Source: Chiloscyllium plagiosum | Taxonomy: Eukaryota | Assembly (NCBI RefSeq): GCF_004010195.1 | Contig: NC_057753.1 | Location: 3,915,866 to 3,979,865 of the forward strand | Direction: 5' to 3' | DNA: 64,000 nt | Part shown: piece after piece, positions 37,993-49,415 of the stretch | Layout of the letters: each line of letters opens with the position of its first letter | Numbering within the stretch: position 1 is the first letter of the stretch | The notes under the pieces: model-generated | Told to the model about the DNA's origin: nothing | The model's input: the letters and a program-made list of their open reading frames with translations, nothing else | Database searches by the model: none | Made by a program: the position numbers and the translations under genes

Positions 37993-39792
37993 GGTGTAAC
38001 CTAGAACTGAGTGGGAAGCTGGAGAAGTGATTGGTGTGCCCCTTGCTGAGGTATTTGGATCGTTGATACTCACTGGTGAGGTGCTGGAAAACTGGAAGTT
38101 GGAAAATGTGGTGCCATTATTTAAAAAAGGTGGTAAAGACAAGCCAGGGAACTATAGACCAGTGAGCCTGATATCAGTGGTGGGCAAGTTGTTGGAGGGA
38201 ATCCTGAGGGACAGGATGTACATGTATTTGGAAAGGCAAGGACTGATTCGGGATAGTCAACATGGCTTTGTGGGTGGGAAATCATGTCTCACAAACTTGA
38301 TTGAGTTTTTTTGAAGAAGTAATAAAGAGGATTGATGAGGGCAGAGCAGTAGATGTGATCTATATGGACTTCAGTAAGGCATTCGACAAGGTTCCCCATG
38401 GGAGACTGGTTAGCAAGGTTAGATCTCATGGAATACAAGAGGACAACTGGATACAGAATTTGCTCGAAGGTAAAAGACAGAGGGTGGTGGTGGAGGGTTG
38501 CCTTTCATACTGGAGGCCTGTGACCAGTGGAGTGCATCAAGGATCGGTGTTGGGTCCAATACTTTTCATCTTTTATGTAAATGATTTGCATGTGAACATA
38601 GGAGGAATAGTTAGTAAGTTTGCAGATGACACCAAAATTGAAGATGTGCTGGATAGCGAAAATGGTTACCTCACAGTACGATGGGACTCTTGATCAGATG
38701 GACCTATGGGCCGAGAAGTGGCAGTTGGAGTTTAATTTAGATAAATGCGAGATGCTGCATTTTGGGACAGCAAATCAGAACATGACTTATACACTACGTG
38801 GTAAGGTCCTGGGGAGTGTCGCTGAACAAGTGACCTTGGAGTTCAGGCTCATAGTTCCTTGAATGTTGAGTTACAGGTAGGTAGGATAGTGAAGAAGCGG
38901 TTTGGTATGCTTTCCTTTATTGGTCAGAGTATTGAGTATAGGAGTTGGGAGCTCATGTTGCGGCTGCTGCACAGGACATTGGTTAGGCCACTTTTGGAAT
39001 ACTGCGTGCAATTCTGGTCTCCTTCATATCGGAAAAATGTTGTGAAACTTGAAAGGGTTCAGAAAAGATTTACAAGGACGTTGCCAGGGTTAGAGGATGT
39101 GAGCTATAGGGAGAGGTTGAATAGGCTGGGGCTGTATTCCCTGGAGCGTTGGAGGCTGAGGGGTGACCTTAAAGAGGTGTATAAAATCATGAGGGGCAAG
39201 GATAGAGTAAATAGATATGTTTTTTTTTCCTGGAGTGGGGGAGTCCAAAACTAGAGGGCATAGGCTTAGGGTGAGAAGGGAAAGAAAAAAAAAGTGATCT
39301 AAGGGGCAACGTTTTCACACAGAGGGTGGTATGTGTATGGATGAGTTGCCAGAGGAAGTGGTGGAGGCTTGCAAAATTACAGCATTTAGAAGGCATCTGG
39401 GTGGATATATGAATAGGAAGGGTTTAGTGGGATGTGGGCCAAATGCAGGCAAATGGGACTAGATTAGGTTGGGATATCTAGTTGGCATGGAGTTAGACCA
39501 AAGGGTCTGTTTCCATTCCTTGCATCTCTACGACTCCCAGGGTCACCACAAAAGTTAGTAATTTAGTTAAACATGCAGAGTTCCTGCTTTACCTTACTAA
39601 TGGGATCCAGTTAACAGAAAACACAAACCAGGTTCCTGTACTTAAGAACTATATTACAAATAAAGTAAATACTAATCACAAGTGAACAGCCATGAAGTGG
39701 TGCAGATTCAATGGGCTGAAGGGCTTTTTCCTATGCTGTAAATCACGGTGACTAAAATTATCAGCTTGTGCCTCTACTATCTAAAACTCAAA

Positions 39793-40103
39793 TGTGGCTC
39801 AGTGGTTAGCACTGCTGCCTCACAGCACCAGGGACTTGGGTTCAATTCCAGCCTCGGGCGACTGACTGTGTGGAGTTTGCACATTCTCCCCTGTGTCTGT
39901 GTGGGTTCCCTCTGGGTGCTCCGGTTTCATCCCACAGTCCAAAGATGTGCAGGTCAGGGTGAATTGGCCATGCTAAATTGCCCCATAGTGTTAGGTGCAT
40001 TAGTCAGGGGTAGGGGAATGGGTCTGGGTGGGTTACTCTTCGGAGGGTCGGTCTGGACCGGTTGGGCCGAAGGGCCTGTTTCCACACTGTAGGGAATCTA
40101 ATC
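39793..40103 (+). mobile_element. HE1/V-SINE-type SINE
   Basis: Head, core and tail present. Confidence 0.9.
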
Positions 40104-40376
40104 AAACCCTTACAGACACAAACAAAAAGTACATTATGTTTATGGGTGGAGGTAAACAAAGTGGGTAACATAGTTCAAAGCTTCAGATCACAGGTTACTT
40201 CACACATTCTCTTTCTGGCTTGCTAGGCCTTCCTGTCTGTCAATCTCTTTTCTCCGTGTTGCTTTCCTTCTTCAGAGGAAGCAAAGGCAAATGGTAGAGT
40301 CATGACAAAATCTCTTCAGTATGAGTTAAGGCAACAGCTTGCAGCATGTGGTGGGAGAAAAACTGGCTTTTTCAGG

Positions 40377-40570
40377 ATTTGGAGATGCCAGTGTTGGACT
40401 GGGGTGTACTAAGTTAAAAATCACACAACACCAGGTTATAGTCCAACAGGTTTAATTGGAAGCACACTAGCTTTCAGAGTGACCACCCGATGAAGGAGCG
40501 TCGCTCCGAAAGCTAGTGCTTCCAATTAAACCTGTTGGACTATAACCTGGTGTTGTGTGATTTTTAACTT
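40377..40570. mobile_element. Palindromic Penelope-like fragment (family C) with hammerhead-like motif
   Basis: cacCCGATGA-A-GGAGC-GTC-GCTCC-GAAAGCTAgtg at 40484-40518; TSD CTTTTTCAGG. Confidence 0.8.
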
Positions 40571-41160
40571 TTTCAGGTATTTTTTACAGTACAGAGTCCT
40601 TCCAGTAGCCCACTGATCTGTCTCTATATCCTGTACAAGCTGTCCTTGAACCAATTGCAGAGTTACCATCAGGCTGATGACCTTTGACATCCATGATTGA
40701 ACAATCCAATCAGCTGACAAAGGCCAGCGAAATCTCGCTCTGCGCATTCTCATAACCCAGTGTCCTGCCATCCATAAATATCTGCCTTCACAGTCTGAAC
40801 ATAGCAGCATTGTCAATAAGCGCAAAATGACATTCAGTCATTTGTTTCTGTAAATTCATCAATTCCTTCCACAGTCCTTGGTTTCGAAACATTTTTCCGT
40901 ATTCATCCACAATCAAAAATACAGAAAATAACAATGATACTTTTTTTTTTTGACAGAGGGGGCAAGGATCAAATCGCTGGGAGACACCAACGACATCCAT
41001 ATGGGAGCAGAAGAGTAGCTGCTGCAGGAGACTCTCCGTCAACAGTTAGCTCAGTAAGAATGGGACCTAGAGACTGCACACCCAGGCAACGAGGCGAGAT
41101 GCATTGGAGCAGGGCGGTGTGGTCAACTTTGTCATCAACAGCAAGATCAAATCACTGCAG

Positions 41161-42030
41161 TTACTTGTGAGCTCGTTGATGCCTCAGCAGGTTGGACGAC
41201 TGAGTAAACCCCTTTCCGCACTCTGAGCAGGTGAACGGCCTCTCGCTAATGTGAACCCGCTGGTGACTTAGCAGGTGAGACGGCCGAGTGAATCTCTTCC
41301 CACACTTGGAGCAGGGGAACGGTCTCTCCCCGGTATGAATTCGCTGGTGATTGAACAGGGTCGAAGATTGAGTGAAACCCTTCCCGCACTCTGAACAAGT
41401 GAAAGGCCTCTCTCCGGTGTGGCAGCGCCGGTGGACAGTGAGATCAGATGAGTGCTTGAACCCGATGCTGCACTGAGAGCACCTGAATGGCTTCTCATCA
41501 GTGTGAATACGTTGATGGGACATGAGTTCCCCAGAACTTTTATAGCACTTCCCACAGTCCAAGCACTTAAAGGGTCTCTCGCCAGTGTGAACCCGCTGAT
41601 GCCTCAGCAGGTGTGAATGTTGAGTGAATCCCTTCTCACACTCGGGGCAGGTAAACGGCCTTTTCCCAGTGTGAGATCGCTGGTGAGTCAGCAAGTTGGA
41701 TGACTGAGTGAATCTCTTCCCACACTCAGGACAGGTGAATGGTCTCGCCCCAGTATGAACTCGCTGGTGCTCCAGCAGATTGGCTGACTGAGTAAAGCCC
41801 TTCCCGCACGTGGAACAGATGAACGGTCGCTCCCCTGTGTGACCACGCCGATGGATTTCTAGCACTGACGGTGAAATGAATCCCTTCCCACAGTCCACAC
41901 ATTTCCATGGCTTCTCTCTTTTCGAACTGCATTTGTGTCGTGATAGGCCAGATGATTGGGTAAAGCTTCGTTCACACACAGAACATGCGTACGGTTTTTC
42001 CCTGATGTGAACACTGTTCTTTTCTTCCAT
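41161..42030 (-). CDS. Tandem C2H2 zinc-finger protein, 10 fingers with the first degenerate (ZNF gene 3)
   Basis: aacATGG start with an in-frame TAG six codons upstream. Finger 1 lacks the last His (HKCSS). Candidate acceptor ttttatgtcag at ~42240. Confidence 0.92.
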   Translation of the reverse strand: MEEKNSVHIREKPYACSVCERSFTQSSGLSRHKCSSKREKPWKCVDCGKGFISPSVLEIHRRGHTGERPFICSTCGKGFTQSANLLEHQRVHTGARPFTCPECGKRFTQSSNLLTHQRSHTGKRPFTCPECEKGFTQHSHLLRHQRVHTGERPFKCLDCGKCYKSSGELMSHQRIHTDEKPFRCSQCSIGFKHSSDLTVHRRCHTGERPFTCSECGKGFTQSSTLFNHQRIHTGERPFPCSKCGKRFTRPSHLLSHQRVHISERPFTCSECGKGFTQSSNLLRHQRAHK

Positions 42031-42507
42031 GTTCAAAATCCAGTGCTATTTAGAAACAAAAAAACTGAAATTGATGGAAAAAACTTAGATCTGGCAGCAT
42101 CTGTGGAGAGAAAGCAGAGTTCATATTTCAGGTCCTGTGACCCTTCTTCGGAACAGATATTCAGGTTGAGATAAAATGTTCAGAACCTGGTGAGTTGTTT
42201 CCTGACTGCAAATCCCCCTTTGCTCAGACCTTGGTGATACTGACATAAAACAGAGGAAAGGCATATGAGAAGCAAAAACTAACAAGGCAGAAAGGTACAT
42301 TATGAAATTGAGCTAAATGAATCAGGTAGTTTGCACTAGAAAAAGTTACTGATTGTCATCAAAACCCAACCAGTTCATTAATGTCTTTCAGAAGAAGGAA
42401 CCCTGCTGCCTGGTGAGAAACTGCAGAAGATTCTGGTGTCTACAAGTAAACATGGTCCAGAAGTGTTGACAAAATCTCGCAAACCGTCAACCTCTGCCAA
42501 GTAGAAA

Positions 42508-43100
42508 TGAGTACAGGAGTTGGGAGGTCATGTTCCGGCCGTACAGGACATTGGTTAGGCCACTTTTGGAATATTTCCTGCAATTCTGGTCTCCTTCCTA
42601 CTGGAAGGATGTTGTGAAACTTGAAAGGGTTCAGAAAAGATTTACAAGGATGTTGCCAGGGTTGGAGGGTTTGAGCTACAGGGAGAGGCTGAACAGGCTG
42701 GAGCGTCAGAGGCTGAGGGGTGACCTTATAGAGGTTTATAAAATCATGAGGGGCATGGATAGGATAAATAGACAAAGTCTTTTCGCTGGGGTGGTGGAAT
42801 TCAGAACCCATGCATAGGTTTATGGTGAGAGGGGAAGATATAAAAGAGACCTAAGGGGTCTCTTTTTCACACAGAGAGTGGTACGTGTATGGAATGAGCT
42901 GCCAGAGGAAGTGGTGGAGGCTGGTACAATTGCAACATTTAAAAGGCATCTAGATAGTAATACGAATAGGAAGGGTTTGGAGAGATATGGGCCGGGTGCT
43001 GGCAGGTGGGACTATATTGGGTTGGGATATCTGGTCGGCATGGACGGGTTGGACTGAACGGTCTGTTTCCGTGCTGTACATCTCTATGACTCTCTGACTC
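42508..43100 (+). mobile_element. CR1 3' fragment
   Basis: RTLVRPLLEY.LQFWSP; standard tail. Confidence 0.92.
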
Positions 43101-43305
43101 TAGAAAGGCCAGGCCAACAGCTGTAGATTTACACCATCACCATCACCCTGCCTGTCTGACATTCAGTACTGGATGGATAGAAATTTCGTTAATTAAATAT
43201 TTGGAAGACAGGAGTAATTCTCTTCAGTCCCCAGTACAAACTACACTCCCTTCCTGACGACTGCCTGAGGTTAAGCCAGAGTATTCAAAACCAGGTAGAC
43301 TAAAT

Positions 43306-43572
43306 ATGGGTGGCACAGTGGTTCGTACCACAGTCTCACAGCACCAGAGACCCAGGTTCGATCCCAACCTCGGGCGACCGTCTGTGTGTACATTCTGCCC
43401 CCATGTCTGCATGGGTTTCCTCCCACAATCCAAAGATGTGCAGGTTAGGGGTGAATTGGCCACGCTATATTGTCCGTAGTGTTCAGGGATGTGTAGTTTA
43501 GGGTGAATTGGCCACACTATATCGCCCATTGTGTTCAGAGATGTGTGAATTGGCCACACAATATTGCCCATA
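43306..43572 (+). mobile_element. HE1-type SINE 5' part grading into the tandem array
   Basis: tRNA-like head, V core, then degenerate copies of the 52-bp unit. Confidence 0.85.
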
Positions 43573-46500
43573 GTGTTCAGGGATGTGTAGGTTAGGGTGA
43601 ATTGGCTATGCTATATTGCCCACAGTGTTCAGGGATGTGTAGGTTAGGGTGAATTGGCTATGCTATATTGCCCACAGTGTTCAGGGATGTGTAGGTTAGG
43701 GTGAATTGGCTATGCTATATTGCCCACAGTGTTCAGGGATGTGTAGGTTAGGGTGAATTGGCTATGCTATATTGCCCACAGTGTTCAGGGATGTGTAGGT
43801 TAGGGTGAATTGGCTATGCTATATTGCCCACAGTGTTCAGGGATGTGTAGGTTAGGGTGAATTGGCTATGCTATATTGCCCACAGTGTTCAGGGATGTGT
43901 AGGTTAGGGTGAATTGGCTATGCTATATTGCCCACAGTGTTCAGGGATGTGTAGGTTAGGGTGAATTGGCTATGCTATATTGCCCACAGTGTTCAGGGAT
44001 GTGTAGGTTAGGGTGAATTGGCTATGCTATATTGCCCACAGTGTTCAGGGATGTGTAGGTTAGGGTGAATTGGCTATGCTATATTGCCCACAGTGTTCAG
44101 GGATGTGTAGGTTAGGGTGAATTGGCTATGCTATATTGCCCACAGTGTTCAGGGATGTGTAGGTTAGGGTGAATTGGCTATGCTATATTGCCCACAGTGT
44201 TCAGGGATGTGTAGGTTAGGGTGAATTGGCTATGCTATATTGCCCACAGTGTTCAGGGATGTGTAGGTTAGGGTGAATTGGCTATGCTATATTGCCCACA
44301 GTGTTCAGGGATGTGTAGGTTAGGGTGAATTGGCTATGCTATATTGCCCACAGTGTTCAGGGATGTGTAGGTTAGGGTGAATTGGCTATGCTATATTGCC
44401 CACAGTGTTCAGGGATGTGTAGGTTAGGGTGAATTGGCTATGCTATATTGCCCACAGTGTTCAGGGATGTGTAGGTTAGGGTGAATTGGCTATGCTATAT
44501 TGCCCACAGTGTTCAGGGATGTGTAGGTTAGGGTGAATTGGCTATGCTATATTGCCCACAGTGTTCAGGGATGTGTAGGTTAGGGTGAATTGGCTATGCT
44601 ATATTGCCCACAGTGTTCAGGGATGTGTAGGTTAGGGTGAATTGGCTATGCTATATTGCCCACAGTGTTCAGGGATGTGTAGGTTAGGGTGAATTGGCTA
44701 TGCTATATTGCCCACAGTGTTCAGGGATGTGTAGGTTAGGGTGAATTGGCTATGCTATATTGCCCACAGTGTTCAGGGATGTGTAGGTTAGGGTGAATTG
44801 GCTATGCTATATTGCCCACAGTGTTCAGGGATGTGTAGGTTAGGGTGAATTGGCTATGCTATATTGCCCACAGTGTTCAGGGATGTGTAGGTTAGGGTGA
44901 ATTGGCTATGCTATATTGCCCACAGTGTTCAGGGATGTGTAGGTTAGGGTGAATTGGCTATGCTATATTGCCCACAGTGTTCAGGGATGTGTAGGTTAGG
45001 GTGAATTGGCTATGCTATATTGCCCACAGTGTTCAGGGATGTGTAGGTTAGGGTGAATTGGCTATGCTATATTGCCCACAGTGTTCAGGGATGTGTAGGT
45101 TAGGGTGAATTGGCTATGCTATATTGCCCACAGTGTTCAGGGATGTGTAGGTTAGGGTGAATTGGCTATGCTATATTGCCCACAGTGTTCAGGGATGTGT
45201 AGGTTAGGGTGAATTGGCTATGCTATATTGCCCACAGTGTTCAGGGATGTGTAGGTTAGGGTGAATTGGCTATGCTATATTGCCCACAGTGTTCAGGGAT
45301 GTGTAGGTTAGGGTGAATTGGCTATGCTATATTGCCCACAGTGTTCAGGGATGTGTAGGTTAGGGTGAATTGGCTATGCTATATTGCCCACAGTGTTCAG
45401 GGATGTGTAGGTTAGGGTGAATTGGCTATGCTATATTGCCCACAGTGTTCAGGGATGTGTAGGTTAGGGTGAATTGGCTATGCTATATTGCCCACAGTGT
45501 TCAGGGATGTGTAGGTTAGGGTGAATTGGCTATGCTATATTGCCCACAGTGTTCAGGGATGTGTAGGTTAGGGTGAATTGGCTATGCTATATTGCCCACA
45601 GTGTTCAGGGATGTGTAGGTTAGGGTGAATTGGCTATGCTATATTGCCCACAGTGTTCAGGGATGTGTAGGTTAGGGTGAATTGGCTATGCTATATTGCC
45701 CACAGTGTTCAGGGATGTGTAGGTTAGGGTGAATTGGCTATGCTATATTGCCCACAGTGTTCAGGGATGTGTAGGTTAGGGTGAATTGGCTATGCTATAT
45801 TGCCCACAGTGTTCAGGGATGTGTAGGTTAGGGTGAATTGGCTATGCTATATTGCCCACAGTGTTCAGGGATGTGTAGGTTAGGGTGAATTGGCTATGCT
45901 ATATTGCCCACAGTGTTCAGGGATGTGTAGGTTAGGGTGAATTGGCTATGCTATATTGCCCACAGTGTTCAGGGATGTGTAGGTTAGGGTGAATTGGCTA
46001 TGCTATATTGCCCACAGTGTTCAGGGATGTGTAGGTTAGGGTGAATTGGCTATGCTATATTGCCCACAGTGTTCAGGGATGTGTAGGTTAGGGTGAATTG
46101 GCTATGCTATATTGCCCACAGTGTTCAGGGATGTGTAGGTTAGGGTGAATTGGCTATGCTATATTGCCCACAGTGTTCAGGGATGTGTAGGTTAGGGTGA
46201 ATTGGCTATGCTATATTGCCCACAGTGTTCAGGGATGTGTAGGTTAGGGTGAATTGGCTATGCTATATTGCCCACAGTGTTCAGGGATGTGTAGGTTAGG
46301 GTGAATTGGCTATGCTATATTGCCCACAGTGTTCAGGGATGTGTAGGTTAGGGTGAATTGGCTATGCTATATTGCCCACAGTGTTCAGGGATGTGTAGGT
46401 TAGGGTGAATTGGCTATGCTATATTGCCCACAGTGTTCAGGGATGTGTAGGTTAGGGTGAATTGGCTATGCTATATTGCCCACAGTGTTCAGGGATGTGT

Positions 46501-46685
46501 AGGTTAGGGTGAATTGGCTATGCTATATTGCCCACAGTGTTCAGGGATGTGTAGGTTAGGGTGAATTGGCTATGCTATATTGCCCACAGTGTTCAGGGAT
46601 GTGTAGGTTAGGGTGAATTGGCTATGCTATATTGCCCACAGTGTTCAGGGATGTGTAGGTTAGGGTGAATTGGCTATGCTATATT
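43573..46685 (+). repeat. 52-bp tandem array, ~60 apparently identical copies
   Basis: Unit GTGTTCAGGGATGTGTAGGTTAGGGTGAATTGGCTATGCTATATTGCCCACA; 59 full units plus a partial one. Confidence 0.97.
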
Positions 46686-46689
46686 CTCC

Positions 46690-47430
46690 CACCTGGTGGT
46701 CATCCAAGGCGTTGCCCCTCACAAACATGGCGGCCACGCTGGCAACCCGCCGCCCCCAACAAAGATGGCGACCGCCGCCTGCCTTGGAGTGGAGTGGGGC
46801 GGGGCGGGGCGGGGGGTGGTGCCTACCGCGGGGAGGGCGCACCCGATCCCTGCTCATCGCGAACGGAGGACCGGGAGGTAACGGTTTCCGTCTTTTCTTT
46901 GCCAGGCGTTTGGTGAACCCTGATCCGCGACCTGCTCCAACCCCCCTCCCGTCGCCGCCCGGTTCTCACCGTCTGGGGCTGCGGGCGAACGGCTTTAATC
47001 GGCATCAGCTTGGAGTCGCGTTCCGAGGCAAGATGGCGACCGCGCGTGCGCCCTACCTGGCAGGGCGACCGCGCGTGCGCCCCACCTCGCGACGGCGACT
47101 CCAACCAGTGGCGAGCGCGGCCGGCCCGGCCTGCCTGCCAGCCAGCCAATGGGAGTGAGCGGAGGCCGGGGCTGCAGCGGGACGTCCCTGACCGACAGCG
47201 ACCCCGGCCAATGGCGAGCGCGTCGCGGGCGGGCGGGCGGCCGTCCGGCCGGCCAATGGAAGTGAAAGGAGGGCGGGGCTGCATGTGGACTGTCCAGATC
47301 GACAGCGACCGGAACCAATGGCGTGCGCGTCGCACGCAGCCCGCCATCCAATGGAAGTGAAAGGGGGGCTGGGAGGAGCTGGGCTGCATCTGGACGTCCA
47401 GGATTGGCTGAGAGTGTTCCTCATTGGGAA
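46690..47430 (-). promoter_or_regulatory. CpG island, putative promoter and exon 1 of ZNF gene 3
   Basis: YY1-like motifs at 46724, 46762 and 47029; GC boxes ~46796-46815; CCAAT at 47146, 47208, 47253, 47315, 47348; minus-strand donor ACG|GTGAGA at ~46970. Gene link is inferred. Confidence 0.7.
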
Positions 47431-47599
47431 GGTGCAGTGAGTGTGTTGCAGATCCCAGAGAGTCTATGTGCTCATCTTCAGATGGGAGTCTCTCCTCATA
47501 GTCCCTCTGGGCAGCAAACATCTCTCCCTGGGTGGAGACAAACTGCACCAGGCACTTCCACAACTCTCTTCATTTACTTCCTTTGCTTTCAGAATTAAA

Positions 47600-48110
47600 A
47601 TTAGAATGAATTAGATCCACACTGGCCCTCCGAAGAGCAACCCACCCAGGCCCATTCGCCTACACCAAACACTACGGGCAATTCAGCACGGCCAATTCAC
47701 CCTAAGTTGCACATTTTTGGACTGTGGGAGGAAACCAGAGCACACCCACACAGACACGGGGAGAATGTGCAAACTCCACACAGACAGTTGCCTGAGGCGG
47801 GAATTGAACCCGGGGCTGTAAGGCAGCAGTGCTAACCACTGTGCCACCGTGCTGCCCAATTAGATTCCCTACAGTGTGGGAACAGGACCTTCGACCCAGC
47901 AAGTCCACACCGACCCTCCGAAGAGCAACCCACCCGATCCATTCTCCTATTACTCTACGTTTACCCCTGACTGATGCACCTAACCTACACACCCTTGAAT
48001 ACTATGGAGAATTTAGCACGGTCAATTCACCCTAACCTGCACATCTATGGACCGTGGGAGGAAACTGGAACACCCAGAGGAATCCCACGCAGACTCGGGG
48101 AGAATGTGTA
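47600..48110 (-). mobile_element. Two adjacent HE1-type SINEs
   Basis: 47600-47857 includes the head; 47858-48110 is 5' truncated. Confidence 0.88.
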
Positions 48111-48282
48111 GGGTTCATCCCGATTTCATCGGGAAGTGCTGAACGTTGAGCGATCATCAGTAAATACCCTACTTCTGACCTTATGATAGAGGGAAGCTTA
48201 TTAATGCAGTAGTTGTCAATGGCTTAGACTAGGACACCACCATGAGGAACTCCTGTGTACAGATGCCCAAGAGTTGAGATGA

Positions 48283-48915
48283 AAGCTGATTGGAGGCAGA
48301 TGTTTGCAGGTAAAGTGACAGCTGGAAAATGGGAAGCCTTCAGAAATGAGATAACAAGAATCCAGAGAAAGTATATTCCTGCCAGGGTGACAGGAAAGGC
48401 TGGTAGGTATAGGGAATGCTGGATGACTAAAGAAATTAAGGGTTTGGTTAAGAAAAAGAAGGAAGCATATGTAAGGTATAGACAGGATAGATCGAGTGAA
48501 TCCTTAAAAGAGTATAAAGGAAGTAGGAGTATACTTAAGAGAGAAATCAGGAGTGAAAAAGGGACCTGAGATAGATTTAAGGATTAAGGGGAATCCAAAG
48601 GGTTTTTACAAATATATTAAGGACAAAAGGGGAGGGTTTGGTTAAGAAAAAGAAGGAAGCATATGTCAGGTACAGTCAGGATAGATCAAGTGAATCCTTA
48701 GAAGAGTATAAAGCAAGTAGGAATATACTTAAGAGGGAAATCAGGAGGGCAAAACGGGGATATGAGATAGCTTTGGCAAATAGAATTAAGGAGAATCCAA
48801 AGGTGTTTTACGAATATATTAAGGACAAAAGGGTAACTAGGGAGAGAATAGTGCCCCTCAAAGATCAGCAAGGCGGCCTTTATGTGGAGCCACAGAAAAT
48901 CGGGGAGATACTAAA
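48283..48915 (+). mobile_element. CR1 ORF2 middle fragment with ~190-bp internal duplication
   Basis: WEAFRNEITRIQ; KKKKEAYVRY occurs twice. Confidence 0.9.
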
Positions 48916-49415
48916 NNNNNNNNNNNNNNNNNNNNNNNNNNNNNNNNNNNNNNNNNNNNNNNNNNNNNNNNNNNNNNNNNNNNNNNNNNNNNNNNNNNNN
49001 NNNNNNNNNNNNNNNNNNNNNNNNNNNNNNNNNNNNNNNNNNNNNNNNNNNNNNNNNNNNNNNNNNNNNNNNNNNNNNNNNNNNNNNNNNNNNNNNNNNN
49101 NNNNNNNNNNNNNNNNNNNNNNNNNNNNNNNNNNNNNNNNNNNNNNNNNNNNNNNNNNNNNNNNNNNNNNNNNNNNNNNNNNNNNNNNNNNNNNNNNNNN
49201 NNNNNNNNNNNNNNNNNNNNNNNNNNNNNNNNNNNNNNNNNNNNNNNNNNNNNNNNNNNNNNNNNNNNNNNNNNNNNNNNNNNNNNNNNNNNNNNNNNNN
49301 NNNNNNNNNNNNNNNNNNNNNNNNNNNNNNNNNNNNNNNNNNNNNNNNNNNNNNNNNNNNNNNNNNNNNNNNNNNNNNNNNNNNNNNNNNNNNNNNNNNN
49401 NNNNNNNNNNNNNNN
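48916..49415. other. Assembly gap (500 N)
   Basis: Run of n characters. Confidence 0.99.

Larger units (their letters stand above)
35100..39535 (+). mobile_element. Near full-length CR1 LINE (ORF1 zinc finger + SGNH esterase; ORF2 APE endonuclease + RT), mutationally dead
   Basis: CSSCQMWE..DYVC (~35335); IGDSLVRG, VCCLPGA, VHIGTN, DGLHLN (35750-36155); YFNARGL, AITET, IGDFNFP; NYRPVSL, DFSKAFDKVPH, KFADDTK; CR1 tail. 5' boundary approximate. Confidence 0.93.

Noticed and set aside
43573..46685. CRISPR-like array
   Set aside because: Head-to-tail identical units with no spacers, SINE-derived, in eukaryotic DNA.
46660..47598. Arg/Pro/Gly-rich ORFs
   Set aside because: CpG-island composition artefact.
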